This document shows positions 24,452 through 34,789 of a stretch of 64,000 nt of DNA, piece after piece; within the stretch, counting starts at the first letter, position 1, and each line of letters opens with the position of its first letter. The position numbers and the translations under genes were made by a program. The notes beneath the pieces are model-generated. The model was not told the DNA's origin and ran no database searches. It was given only the letters and a program-made list of their open reading frames with translations. Source of the DNA: Epithemia pelagica (Eukaryota > Protista > Bacillariophyta); NCBI GenBank assembly GCA_946965045.2, contig OX337240.1, positions 1,364,001 through 1,428,000 on the forward strand, in the 5' to 3' direction.

Positions 24452-25648
24452 ATGCTTGGCAAGTTGGTGGCCATGGCGCTTTTTCTTCCCGCAACAACAA
24501 GCTTCGATCCACAGCATTTGATGAACTGCATCGAATCTAACAATGGCTTTGTTAGTGAGAAAATTTCCTTTCGAAAGAGCGACCCTTCCAAGTCGGATGT
24601 TGCGATTCAGGCCGTCAAACGAATCGCATTTGGTGAAACTCTCATGCTCATCCCTAGTCCCTGCTTGTTCAAGTCGAATACAGGAGATTCCCAGTATTTC
24701 GTCAACCGCCTCGAGCATGATAGAGATCAACGAGGAAAGGATCGGTCCAAAGTTTGGCGTTACGTCGAATATGTCCTGGAGTACTTTACTCATCATGATC
24801 ATCTTCCTGATGAGAGGTCGAAAACCGCAAAAATGCTTTGGGAAAACCTACCGGACAAACACACCCACCTGTCTGACAAGTTTGGTAGCTTCCAGCCATG
24901 CGACGAATTCTACAAGCCAAACGATGACAGACACAACAAGATACTAGATGCTGCATCCCGAATGGCAGATTCCAGAAGGTGGTGGAACGAGACATTGATA
25001 CCAGTGTTCAACATGGAAAGCCACTATAGTGAGAGGTGGAATAACTTGAATGGCGTTGAGATTTATGCACTCCGTGACATTCAAGCCGGTGAGCAACTTT
25101 ACTTGTCTTCTCACAAGAGTCAGATTCCTTATCCATATTCTTCTGAGGGAGAAGTCCACTCGGCTGGCACTTTTGATCTAATTAGCGTCCATGACTTTGT
25201 TACAGCAGAGAATGATCAAAAGATCCGAGTTGCCAAATTGCCAAAAGACAAAGAATGGACGAAGAAGGTACATGTGAACTGTTTGAGACATGAGTACCAG
25301 CGACAAATAGAAGCGATCAAAGACTATATGATGCGACAGACACTGTACTGGGAGGCTCAGGAGAAGGAAGCAATACTTTCATGTTTACAGTCCCGTGCCA
25401 GCACTCTTCGTCAGGTTATTGCATACGAGGAAGCAACTGATGCAACGACGTACCATGATCACAAGGCAGAACCTGGAATCTTGGTTGATTGGGGCTTTCG
25501 AAAGCTTCACACTGCGGGCACCAACGATTACCGGAGCCTGGAAGCAAAATTGGCTTTGGCTTCAAGTCTATACGCGTTCTGTCTTTTCACGGCCCTCTTC
25601 GCTTTGATCAAACATGGCTTCATGAAACGCAAGTCTCGTACATACTGA
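24452..25648 (+). CDS. Divergent tandem paralog of the secretory SET protein
   Basis: Signal peptide, IQAVKRIAFGETLMLIP, LIPVFNMESH, ALRDIQAGEQLYLS and a C-terminal TM helix. Collinear with 22139-23509. Confidence 0.8.
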   Translation: MLGKLVAMALFLPATTSFDPQHLMNCIESNNGFVSEKISFRKSDPSKSDVAIQAVKRIAFGETLMLIPSPCLFKSNTGDSQYFVNRLEHDRDQRGKDRSKVWRYVEYVLEYFTHHDHLPDERSKTAKMLWENLPDKHTHLSDKFGSFQPCDEFYKPNDDRHNKILDAASRMADSRRWWNETLIPVFNMESHYSERWNNLNGVEIYALRDIQAGEQLYLSSHKSQIPYPYSSEGEVHSAGTFDLISVHDFVTAENDQKIRVAKLPKDKEWTKKVHVNCLRHEYQRQIEAIKDYMMRQTLYWEAQEKEAILSCLQSRASTLRQVIAYEEATDATTYHDHKAEPGILVDWGFRKLHTAGTNDYRSLEAKLALASSLYAFCLFTALFALIKHGFMKRKSRTY

Positions 25649-25751
25649 TGAAAGATGCCACAACGCAACTTCTTCACCACCTTGTGGGTAGCTGAACAGA
25701 GCTCATTTCGGAGGACAGCCCATGTTAATCGAAAACTACATGAACTTTGCT

Positions 25752-26164
25752 TTTATGGTTTCGGGCAGAGAAACGAGCGAAAGTCACGGCAAAGGAACTA
25801 AGACTGATGGGTCCATAGCAGAAAATGGTAGAGTGTTAATATATTATTATTAACCTTGTTGATGATATAAGAGTACATCGCATTTGGCAGTCGTCTTGCG
25901 CAAGGTTCGGAGAGAATATGTGAAGAAACTTTCCTCTCTCGGTTGATCAATTCGTCAATAGCTGTCTTCAAGCTCAAATGATTGGTGGCCTCTGCGAAAA
26001 AGAATCCGGTCGGTGGGCCCCTTCCGTCCTTCCTCTTTCTCGGTTTGGTCGGCGTGACTATAGTAACAATGGCTGTTTTTTTGTTGATGCGTTTATGGAT
26101 TTTCTTGAACATCCCAGCTGTTCCTGATGTGGTAGTACAACACTTTGTGGTATGATTTGTGAAA
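25752..26164. repeat. Direct repeat, copy 1 (about 412 bp), of 28826-29237
   Basis: Hand alignment shows about 18 differences (about 95% identity). Confidence 0.92.
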
Positions 26165-26512
26165 AGGAAGAAAGGCTGCAACCAAAGCACACAGGCAGAT
26201 GCATCATGATGTTATGGAGCCCAACACCAACAATTGGAGATGTTGTTGGTTTTTGGATCAGGTTGGTGCGCACAAGAATCAAGCACGTCGTAAGTATCAG
26301 GCACCAGATGAAGAGCGTCCGAGGAATCAAGTTTCAGACCATTACTTTATTGCTAGGAAGGGAGGAACAGATAGGCCGCGCCGCTGAACGAAAGAAAAAA
26401 ATTGAAGGGTTGCGTCATACTTGTGACTCGGTGTTTCCTGATTATTTCGCCCAATGTCTCTCGATGTGGGCCAACCTCGCCAACTGGATTGAAAATAGGA
26501 GCTTGCCGTCGA

Positions 26513-26788
26513 CTAACCATCCTGGTTTGTGGTGGTATGGGAACTCCGACTCCGTTCCTCTAAAGATCCTGAATCCGAGGCCGTGGGTGGATTGGTGTCA
26601 TCTCGTTCCCTTCTTCGTTTGGCAATCGGGATACTACACAAAGGACACGTATTCTTTCGGACGCACCAAGTCTTGAGGCAATCCTTGTGGGCATGCACAC
26701 AGGCCAAATCACCTACGATATCGCCCTCCTCCAATGGCACAAAGCAAATCGTACAAGATGGTACATTGACTGAAGCGTCGTCCTCCAT
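26513..26788 (-). pseudogene. RING-H2 finger gene fragment
   Basis: CTICF...LACVHAHKDCLKTW...CPLC, one residue short between the His ligands. In-frame stop 15 codons upstream of the ATG. Confidence 0.55.
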
Positions 26789-27203
26789 TTCCGCTTGGTC
26801 TTCGCCTGTTTGTTGGGACCCCGTCTCAAAACATCATCAATTCCGGGCACGTAGCGCTTGGTTCTGAATACGTACAGGATAGGGAAGCAAACCTTGGGCT
26901 CTCCGTCGTTGCTGTCGTAGGTACTCTTCCGTTCTACACATCCATTGGGCTTGTGCGACTATGTTCTGCTCGAATCAATATCTTTGCCACTTCGAGTTCC
27001 GACGTATTTGGCTGGGGCTTTCCCAAAATCAAAATTTAAGGTAATCGTCCAGTGCTGCTGACCAGCAAGTACCACCCGTCTCGCAAACGAAAGGAGGACT
27101 GTCATTTTTCTCAGATTCATACAATTCTTGATGTCGAATTGGGGCATGCTCTTTCCGAAAAATGTGCAGAAGACGAAGAAAATTTTGAAATAGATCTACT
27201 CCA

Positions 27204-28346
27204 CTACATGATTGCACAACTGTCTTGGACCTGATCCGTAAAAGCCGCCACACACCCAACCACCGCCGCCGTTGGTGATCCTTGGAGTCGTGACTGAATC
27301 TTTGCGGCAGCATTTTCTTCTGCTGCTTCGACATATTCAACCATTTTTTCGCAGCAAAATCGAATGTTGCGAAGCGAGGACGCACTCTGGATACAATTCA
27401 TGACATGAATGTCCACGTCTTCTTCCGACAAACCTTGTTGACGGAGCGCCTGCTTTAGTCTTTCTTCGTACTTTCCCTTGACAATCGTTTCTTTGTCATT
27501 TGTATTCCACAGGATTCCCCGCCAATCACTAAAAGGACGGCCGTCAGACAGCTCAATCGTTGTGGAACGCGCCAAGGCTGACTTGGTGCCTCCATTTATT
27601 TTGTGAAGTGCTCGAGCAAAAGCCTCGCTCTTCGTTCCTACGAAAGCCACAAAGCCATCTGATGAGTGTGCTTCTCCCGTTAGCGCATTGAAGAATCTAA
27701 AAGCGTCTCCCATTTCTTCGAACAGCTCTCCAGCGGTGTATTCTCTTTCCCAGGTAAAATCCGAGGGGTTAAACTCATCGATTACGAGGATGGGAAAATC
27801 AATCGTCTTTTCCCTGGCACCAACCACCGCATCAATCTCCAGTCGACACTTGTTGCTAGTCGCATTCAACGATGAAAATTCAGATCCAGGCGGACCACAA
27901 AGGCCATACTTGATTACCTCGGCAACTTCTTCTGGTGTAAATTCGAAATCTTGTGCATCCCCGAGGACGCGAAGTCTGATAGCTTCGTATAGACGCTGCC
28001 AGGAATTTGTTCCATTAATATTGATACAAAGGAAGCGACGTGGCTGCGCCGCCGACTGCGCTCTTGCAACGGCCTGCAATGCATACGACTTGCCGGTTCC
28101 TTCCTGATCATACACAATGGCAAGACCTCCTTCAGTGTACGTACAGAACCACATATAGTCTCTTCGTAAGCCTTCATAAGCAACCGAAGCAAGCACTTTT
28201 TGGTACTTATTAACTGGTCGATTGGCATCCCTTGTCACCCAATCTTGGAGATTCTTTTTGTTTTGCAGCAACACCTTTCGGCGGAGTCGTTTTGCAGCGG
28301 CTTCCGCACCTGCAGCCACCGCCTGGTCACCAACCTTTCTTGCCAT
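27204..28346 (-). CDS. P-loop NTPase (AAA-like) of unknown function
   Basis: 380-aa ORF with variant Walker A IVYDQEGTGKS and Walker B ILVIDE. Confidence 0.72.
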   Translation of the reverse strand: MARKVGDQAVAAGAEAAAKRLRRKVLLQNKKNLQDWVTRDANRPVNKYQKVLASVAYEGLRRDYMWFCTYTEGGLAIVYDQEGTGKSYALQAVARAQSAAQPRRFLCININGTNSWQRLYEAIRLRVLGDAQDFEFTPEEVAEVIKYGLCGPPGSEFSSLNATSNKCRLEIDAVVGAREKTIDFPILVIDEFNPSDFTWEREYTAGELFEEMGDAFRFFNALTGEAHSSDGFVAFVGTKSEAFARALHKINGGTKSALARSTTIELSDGRPFSDWRGILWNTNDKETIVKGKYEERLKQALRQQGLSEEDVDIHVMNCIQSASSLRNIRFCCEKMVEYVEAAEENAAAKIQSRLQGSPTAAVVGCVAAFTDQVQDSCAIM

Positions 28347-28825
28347 TGAGCCGAATTCTTCCTCCCCGCCCTTTCAAACATCTCTCTAGCTTTGCGCCTT
28401 GGAAAACAAGCGGGAAAAGTCTATTCTTTTCCAGCTGTATTGTAGCACCTAACCGATAGGGTAGCGGAGGGGTGAGTCATGCTCGTGAATGGGTAATGGT
28501 GCACTCATTCACCCCCAAGGCGCGACTAGTTGGATTTCTCGATTATGACAAAAACACCACGAGGGGCCCATCTTGCTGTGGTTGTAAGTTGTAACAACAA
28601 CCATGGACCCTTTCAATCCCCACCGACATGTCGCTCCTGTCTCTACTACCCCAAGGGACCCTTGTGGTGTCGAAATGGCAGACGCGGACCCTGTTATTGG
28701 TCGAAACACGGACTACCAATAACGTACAAATCCAACAAACAACAAACAACAACCAAACCGATGACACCCATCATCCAAACCCATTATGGATCCCTGTTGC
28801 CTCCCTTGAAGTGCCTGTCATTGTC

Positions 28826-29237
28826 TTTATGGTTTCGGGCAGAGAAACGAGCGAAAGTCACGGCAAAGAACCTCAGATTGATAGGTCCATAGCAGAAAAC
28901 GGTAGAGCGTTAATATATTATTATTAACCTTGTTGATGATATAAGAGTACATCGCATTTGGCAGTCGTCTTGCGCAAGGTTCAGAGAGAATATGTGAAGA
29001 AACTTTCCTCTCTCGGTTGATCAATTCGTCAATAGCTATCTTCAAGCTCAAATGATTGGTGGCCTCTGCGAGAAAGAATACGGTCGGTGGACCCCTTCCG
29101 CCCTTCCTCTTTCTCGGTTTGGTCGACGTGACTATAGTAACAATGGCTGTTTTTGGGTGATGCGTTTATGGATTTTCTTGAACATCCCAGCTGTTCCTGA
29201 TGTGGTAGTACAACACTTTGCGGTATGATTTGTGAAA
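28826..29237. repeat. Direct repeat, copy 2, abutting the aureochrome stop codon
   Basis: Matches 25752-26164 and ends 1 nt from the TAG at 29239-29241. Confidence 0.92.
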
Positions 29238-29238
29238 C

Positions 29239-30696
29239 CTACGATGGCAATTCTCTATCGTGTTCCGGATCACCCGGTTCTGGTCGAGCAACTTGAACAG
29301 CAACACTCATGTAGTTCACAATTTGATCATTCACGTCTCGAACTGCTGCAATGAACAAGCGATTCCAAAAAGGTGTACCGTCGGCCTTGTAGTTGATCAA
29401 TGTCACACCCACATCATCTCCGGCCGCCAGGGCATGGCGAATCTGATCAACCTTATCCGGGTCGGTGGCAGTACCTTGCAAGAAACGACAATTTCGGCCA
29501 ATCACCTGCTCACGCGAGTACCCAGTCAAGGTCAAAAAGTCTGGCGATACAAACACAATCGGGTTGTCTTCGAAACTAGGATCGGTGATGACAAAGGCGG
29601 TTTGTGATTTTTGAATGTTGCTCACCAAATCGAAATCTTCAGCAGCCAACTCGTTCTTGTCTGTGCCGCAAGCTTCCCACACATTTTCGGGAACCTTGTC
29701 AATCGCGTCACATTGGTCAAGAAGCGGCGTGGAGTCCTTCTCATCGATATTGTTTCGCACCATGGCTTTTAGTTCAGCATTCGCTCTTTGTAGTTCAAGC
29801 AACTCTTCTTGAAGGTCGCTCATGTGGTTCTTTTTCCGATCACGCGTCTTTTTGGCCAAGACGCGATTTCGTTCTCGACGCCGTTCCGCTTGTTCCTGAG
29901 TCATGCTGGTTTGCCGTCGGCGATTTTTGGCACGAGCCGCAAACGCTGCTTCAATGAACTGTGCACGGTCTAACATGGGCATACCAGCAGCCATTGCGTG
30001 AAACGGATTGGGGAGGATTGCAACTTGTTGTTGCTGTTGTTGTTGTTGTTGTTGCTGCTGCTGCTGTGTTTGTTGTGGCTGCGCCATACCTTCAGTGTTC
30101 ATCATGGGAGCGGGTGTAGCGTAGATAAATCCCTGCTGTTGAGGATCATCAAGAAGCATTGAATTGGAGGGGACCGCTCCTGGAACAGCGGAAGCCATGG
30201 CCATAAACGATGCTGGCCACGCAGCAGCAGCAGCAGCAGCAGTATTTGCAGCAGTGGCTGGTTGCGCCACAGCTGGAGTCAGCTCCGGTGGTGCCTCGCC
30301 CATTAAACCTTGCTGCGGCTGCGAACTTTCGATGTTTGGAGAGACCACTGGTGGAGGCATATCTTCGGCTTCCAGGGGTTCGCCTTCTCCAGACAGCTCC
30401 GGAGAGGTCTCGCCCACTGTATCTCTCAAGAACCGGTTTTCATCATCCGCACTGAATCTAACGACCGGGCATCCATGTGAGACTTTCCAACACACCAAAC
30501 ATAAAGTGCACTAAGAGACAAAGAACTTGTCTTACCCCAATCCGCTGTCATCTCCAAGGGTTCCCACATTGGCTCCTCCAGCTTCGAAGAACGCTTCGGC
30601 CAGAACATCGACATCGACATCGTCATCCACGTTTCCGGGCCAGAGCTCCCCTGGTGGTGGCCCACCGCTGTCAAGCGCAAGAAGAGGGTCATCCAT
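29239..30696 (-). CDS. AUREO: Aureochrome (bZIP + LOV blue-light transcription factor), most like class 2
   Basis: Exons 30696-30536 and 30451-29239. bZIP RRERNRVLAKKTRDRKK. LOV FVITDP..DNPIVF..GRNCRFLQG..NYKADGTPFWN. Poly-Q tract. Class assignment is from memory of the family. Confidence 0.93.
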
Positions 30697-32272
30697 GAAC
30701 GACATGGTCCTAAGAAGTACACAGCAATGAATCAGTAGCTCAATTCACAAAAACAAGAGGCTGTTAGAGGTTTGTCCCAACAAGGGTGGATCCCAGATCC
30801 CAGATGGCAAGCAGACAGTCTTTTGCGAGATTTGTACGGTGGATTCTACGTTCAAGCACAATCGCTCTGCATTTGTAAAGAGAAAAGATGTCGGTTGCTT
30901 TATGTTGTAACATTGTGTCGGATGATGTATGGGTACGATGTCGTTTTGTATCGGTGAAAGTGTAGTGTCCGCTGGAACGTTCGGTTGATGCCAGTTTCTG
31001 CTCATGTCTTACCCCATCATGATGCTACACAACGATCGATAGTCAATGTCGTACCTCGAAGCAAGTCATCTGTGATCCAGAAACCCTCCAGTACCGGAAA
31101 GAAACGAAAAGAGAAGTTGAATGCTGCTTTGCTTCCAAAGAACAGTTACATCATCATCCTTTCATCCAACCACAACTTTGCATTCTGAAGCCCGAGATAT
31201 TCGGAATTCGTGAGACGAGATCTACCATCGACCATGGAATATGGTGAACGAGAACACGATATTATGTTGTGTCATCTTAACTCTTTTCTTGAAACTGAAT
31301 GGAGAAGTGTAACCTTGCTTGTGCATCGCACGATATGGGTCTGTACATAGCAAGAGCGCAAAGGATGGCAAAGGATAAACCGTAAAACCTCATGGATGCT
31401 GGCCCATCAAGTCAGTTCATGAGCGTAGGATGTTTCTTTCGGGCAGACTCTATGTCAACAAACAAATCAGGTGTTGCTTTAACTACATGTCGGAAAAAGG
31501 ACATTCAGTAGTCAAAAGTTGCTTAGACAAGAATACACGTTTAGTACCAAATGACAAAACCCTAAAAAATGACATTTTTTTTCTACACATTAAGGTTTCT
31601 AAAAATTCAATCGTTGTTGTCGGCCATTCTCGACCGATTCGTGAGCACCATGGGTCAGGTAAGGCCTCTAAACTCCCAACAATAGTGTTCTTAGAAAGTC
31701 TGTAGCTCCATGTTTGAGTTGGTTGTGGTTGTGGCATCCAAAAAAGAGCCAGAGCAGAAGGCAAATTTTGGTGAGATTCGTGTCATTTTGTGTCATCGAC
31801 ATCTTCTGCCATACCACTCACCATTTCCGTACTTACTTGTGTTGAATCGTAACCCTGGGATTGTTGGTGAATCACAGTGTACTTACTCGGACCTTCTTGA
31901 ACAGATCTTGTTGGTATGGCAAGCATGTTTGACTGCGGCAGTCGGCAGCCGCATCGTTCCATTTCGTGGAACGGATGCGGTCACCACCATCATGTAGTAT
32001 CCATGCCCACCACTTGTCTACCAAGGCCAAACACCGTCCTGATAAGAAGCAGCGTCCAAACAGAGGCAATGACAATAACAACAACGACAACATGTCTATG
32101 ACCAGAATATCCAGCATGACTCAACAGGAAACCAACAGTGCCATTCAAGAGGGTTTTAAAGCCAAACAGGTCCATCTCAAAGCTCGAAACAGAAACAACA
32201 ACCAAACAGGTCCATCTCAAAGCTCGAAACAGAAACAACAAAAAGAAGAACAAAGAGAATTGGCAGTATCGA

Positions 32273-32907
32273 ATGCACTTTATCGACCAAACTCGAATAC
32301 GAGTTGCTGGAGGGACCGGGGGGAGAGGATGTTTGTCCCATCAAGTGGCTCGAAAGAGACGAATGCATCCCGATGGTGGACATGGTGGTTCCGGTGGCTC
32401 GGTGATATTGGTAGCTGACAGTAAATTGTCGTCCTTGCGCATGAGAATCAAACACTATACCGCACCCACTGGAAACGCTGGCACATCCAAAAAGCAAAGA
32501 GGAAGATGTGGTCGAAAGCTCTTGTCCGAGTTCCCTGTGGTGTGATGGTGAAACGAGTGCTTAAAATGGATGAGGAATGGGACGAGACAACCAAGCAAGT
32601 GGCGGGTTACACACCCGAGATTGATATGGGATATCTTACCAAGGGTGGATCCACCTTTATGTCGGATGATGAAGAAGCAGCAGCGGCGGCGGCCGTACGA
32701 GCGGAACAACAAAAACAACAACAACAACAACAACAAGAGGATGATGCAGAATTTAACAAGGATCTCAATGTGTATTCTGAAAAAGATCTCGAGGCCATTA
32801 GTTCAATGTGCTGCAGTGGTAGAGGATGCCAGTCATTGTCCAGTGGCTCTTTGTCGGGCTCTGATGGCAAGACAACTTATCACCATTCAAAAGTCGATGT
32901 TCACTAG
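32273..32907 (+). pseudogene. obg: Obg/CgtA-family GTPase N-terminal fragment (frameshifted, no G domain)
   Basis: FIDQTRIRVAGGTGGRGC..PDGGHGGSGGSVILVAD..HYTAPTGNAG, then a frameshift near 32516 to LVRVPCG. No P-loop follows. Confidence 0.8.
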
Positions 32908-32964
32908 ATTAATTTAAACACAACCAAGTTCAAATTTGTACTAACAATTCAAATTACGCAAAGG

Positions 32965-34075
32965 CTAAACCTCTCCATTGTCGCGTCGTTCGGCCGCAGT
33001 ACCAATGTAAACGGTATCCTCTTGGAATCGGGTCAGTTTCTGGTGAATCCAGGCAAAGAACCACGACGAGTAACAGATACCTGTCCACTCGACCAGCAAA
33101 CAAAACCGAATAATCATGGTCGACAAGGGATTGGCCAGAAATACCATGGGGAAGGAACTGGCCAAGACACGCCAGCTCAAGGATGCGACAATGGTGGATA
33201 AGAAAGCCCCCAATACTCCTGTATCAAAAGGGCTTGCAATCCATCGCCGACCCCAAACAGATTCTCATTGGTCTCATCCTTGAGTTCTACGGTAATGATT
33301 CGAGCAATGACAAACATGACAACGGTTTGAAAGATTTGTCGTCCGACCAAAAAGGCTTGAAGATTGGCACTCGATTCCTTGAAAATCAAGTCACAATTGT
33401 ACTTGGCGGACGTGTGTCGTTCAATCTCTTGAGCGGGAAGATGTGCCACGGCGAAAAAGGCAATCTGCAACCCTTCCATAATACCGGTGATACCAATGAG
33501 AGTAAAGGGCACAATCACAGATACCACCGGCGGAACGCACTCCCACATGGTTGTGCTGTTTTGAAACAATGCCGTTGGGATTCTCTTGAGATTCAATCGG
33601 CTTGCCAGAGACGCGAGCAAAGAATATTTGTGAGCAAGACGCACATGAGATCCAGATACTGGCGTCCCACAATGAATCGCTCTAGATTATCTCCTTTGTT
33701 AGCCAGGGAAGTGATCTTGTGTGTCCGGGGATGAGTCTTGCGGTACACCAACTTGTTAATGGGCTTTAGACCCACCATGCAGTTCAATCCACCTTCCATC
33801 ATGGTCAGCCAAAGAATCAAACCCCAGAAAACAATATAGGCCAAAATGGGATGGACGTTTTTCTCTCTGGTTGCCGTCGTTTGTTTGGTAAAAATAGCAG
33901 CCGACACCACGACAACGCTAAATAGCGTCAGTGCCAGCAACAAGATGTGTTTCAGGGCGGTCACTGGGTGAGCTTTCCACCACTGCGTCGTCTCTTGCTT
34001 CGAGGGACGAGGATTTGTGGCCTCTTCTTCGTCACTGCCATCGTCGCTGAAGGGGCAAATTTTGATTGCCCCCAA
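32965..34075 (-). pseudogene. SIT: Silicon transporter (SIT) remnant with two internal deletions and frameshifts
   Basis: Across four frames: WLTMMEGG..VGLKP..THP..KGDNLERFIVGRQ; SGKPIESQE; TTMWECVP..EGLQIAFFAVA..LVGRQ; TGVLGAFLSTIVASLSW..FLANP..EDTVYIGTAAER. Confidence 0.88.
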
Positions 34076-34789
34076 ACAAGTTTTTTTTTGGAAAAAATTT
34101 AGAACCTAAATTTTCCATGTCATTTTATGAAAATGACGCATTTTGTCATTTGGTACTAAACGTGTACCGAAAAGACCTGATGGTGGGTATCATCCCCAAA
34201 CGCCAGTGTGCGGAGCCTCTTTGAAAACTTGTCGTTTCTCCTCACAGAAGGACCATGACCTCATCTCCAGAGACACAACGACATTTCTGATCAACTTTCA
34301 CTCTGGAACTTGCCGCCAATCTGATCCAAGACGTTCCGTCTCTTTGGCCACCTTGCAAAATGCCCTGGCTCCCTCGTCATAGCCTTGTTGGATCCTGGAA
34401 TGGTATTTCAGACCCCATTGTGAGTTCCAGCTCCACGTTTCTTCAAGCCTATACTATTGCAATGAAGCAGGTCAGTCTTTACCCTGAAATCAGCCTATGG
34501 TAGCGGGTACCGGTACCGACGCCAATGCCAATGCCATGGTCGAGGGTCACACCAGAACAAAGCGATTTGAAGTGCGGTCATAAGGACAGACGAACGGCTC
34601 ATAACCTCACTCATACGTCGCGTCTGTCGAGAGAGTCGAGAGTCGAGAAGATTCTTCGTGCTCGAGAAGGAAGGTAAAGATCGTTCCAAGAGAAGATCTG
34701 GTTTGGGAAATGGGAATCGTATCTTGCACGCCTGAGTCTATTACAGAGGTCCTCATAGATCGAGATTACTTTTCCCCTTTAAAAACAAG

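Larger units (their letters stand above)
31534..34166. mobile_element. TIR-bounded non-autonomous element with captured host-gene fragments (Pack-type; TA ends suggest Tc1/mariner superfamily)
   Basis: Perfect 26-bp inverted repeat TACACGTTTAGTACCAAATGACAAAA at 31534-31559 and 34141-34166. AT-rich subterminal regions share AAATGAC and AGGTT(T)CTAAA motifs. The interior holds only broken gene pieces. Confidence 0.78.

Noticed and set aside
25752-29237. LTR retrotransposon
   Set aside because: The repeats lack TG...CA ends, and no PBS, PPT, gag or pol motifs are visible.
30025-30075. CAG/CAA repeat as an independent repeat element
   Set aside because: It is the poly-Gln tract of the aureochrome coding sequence.
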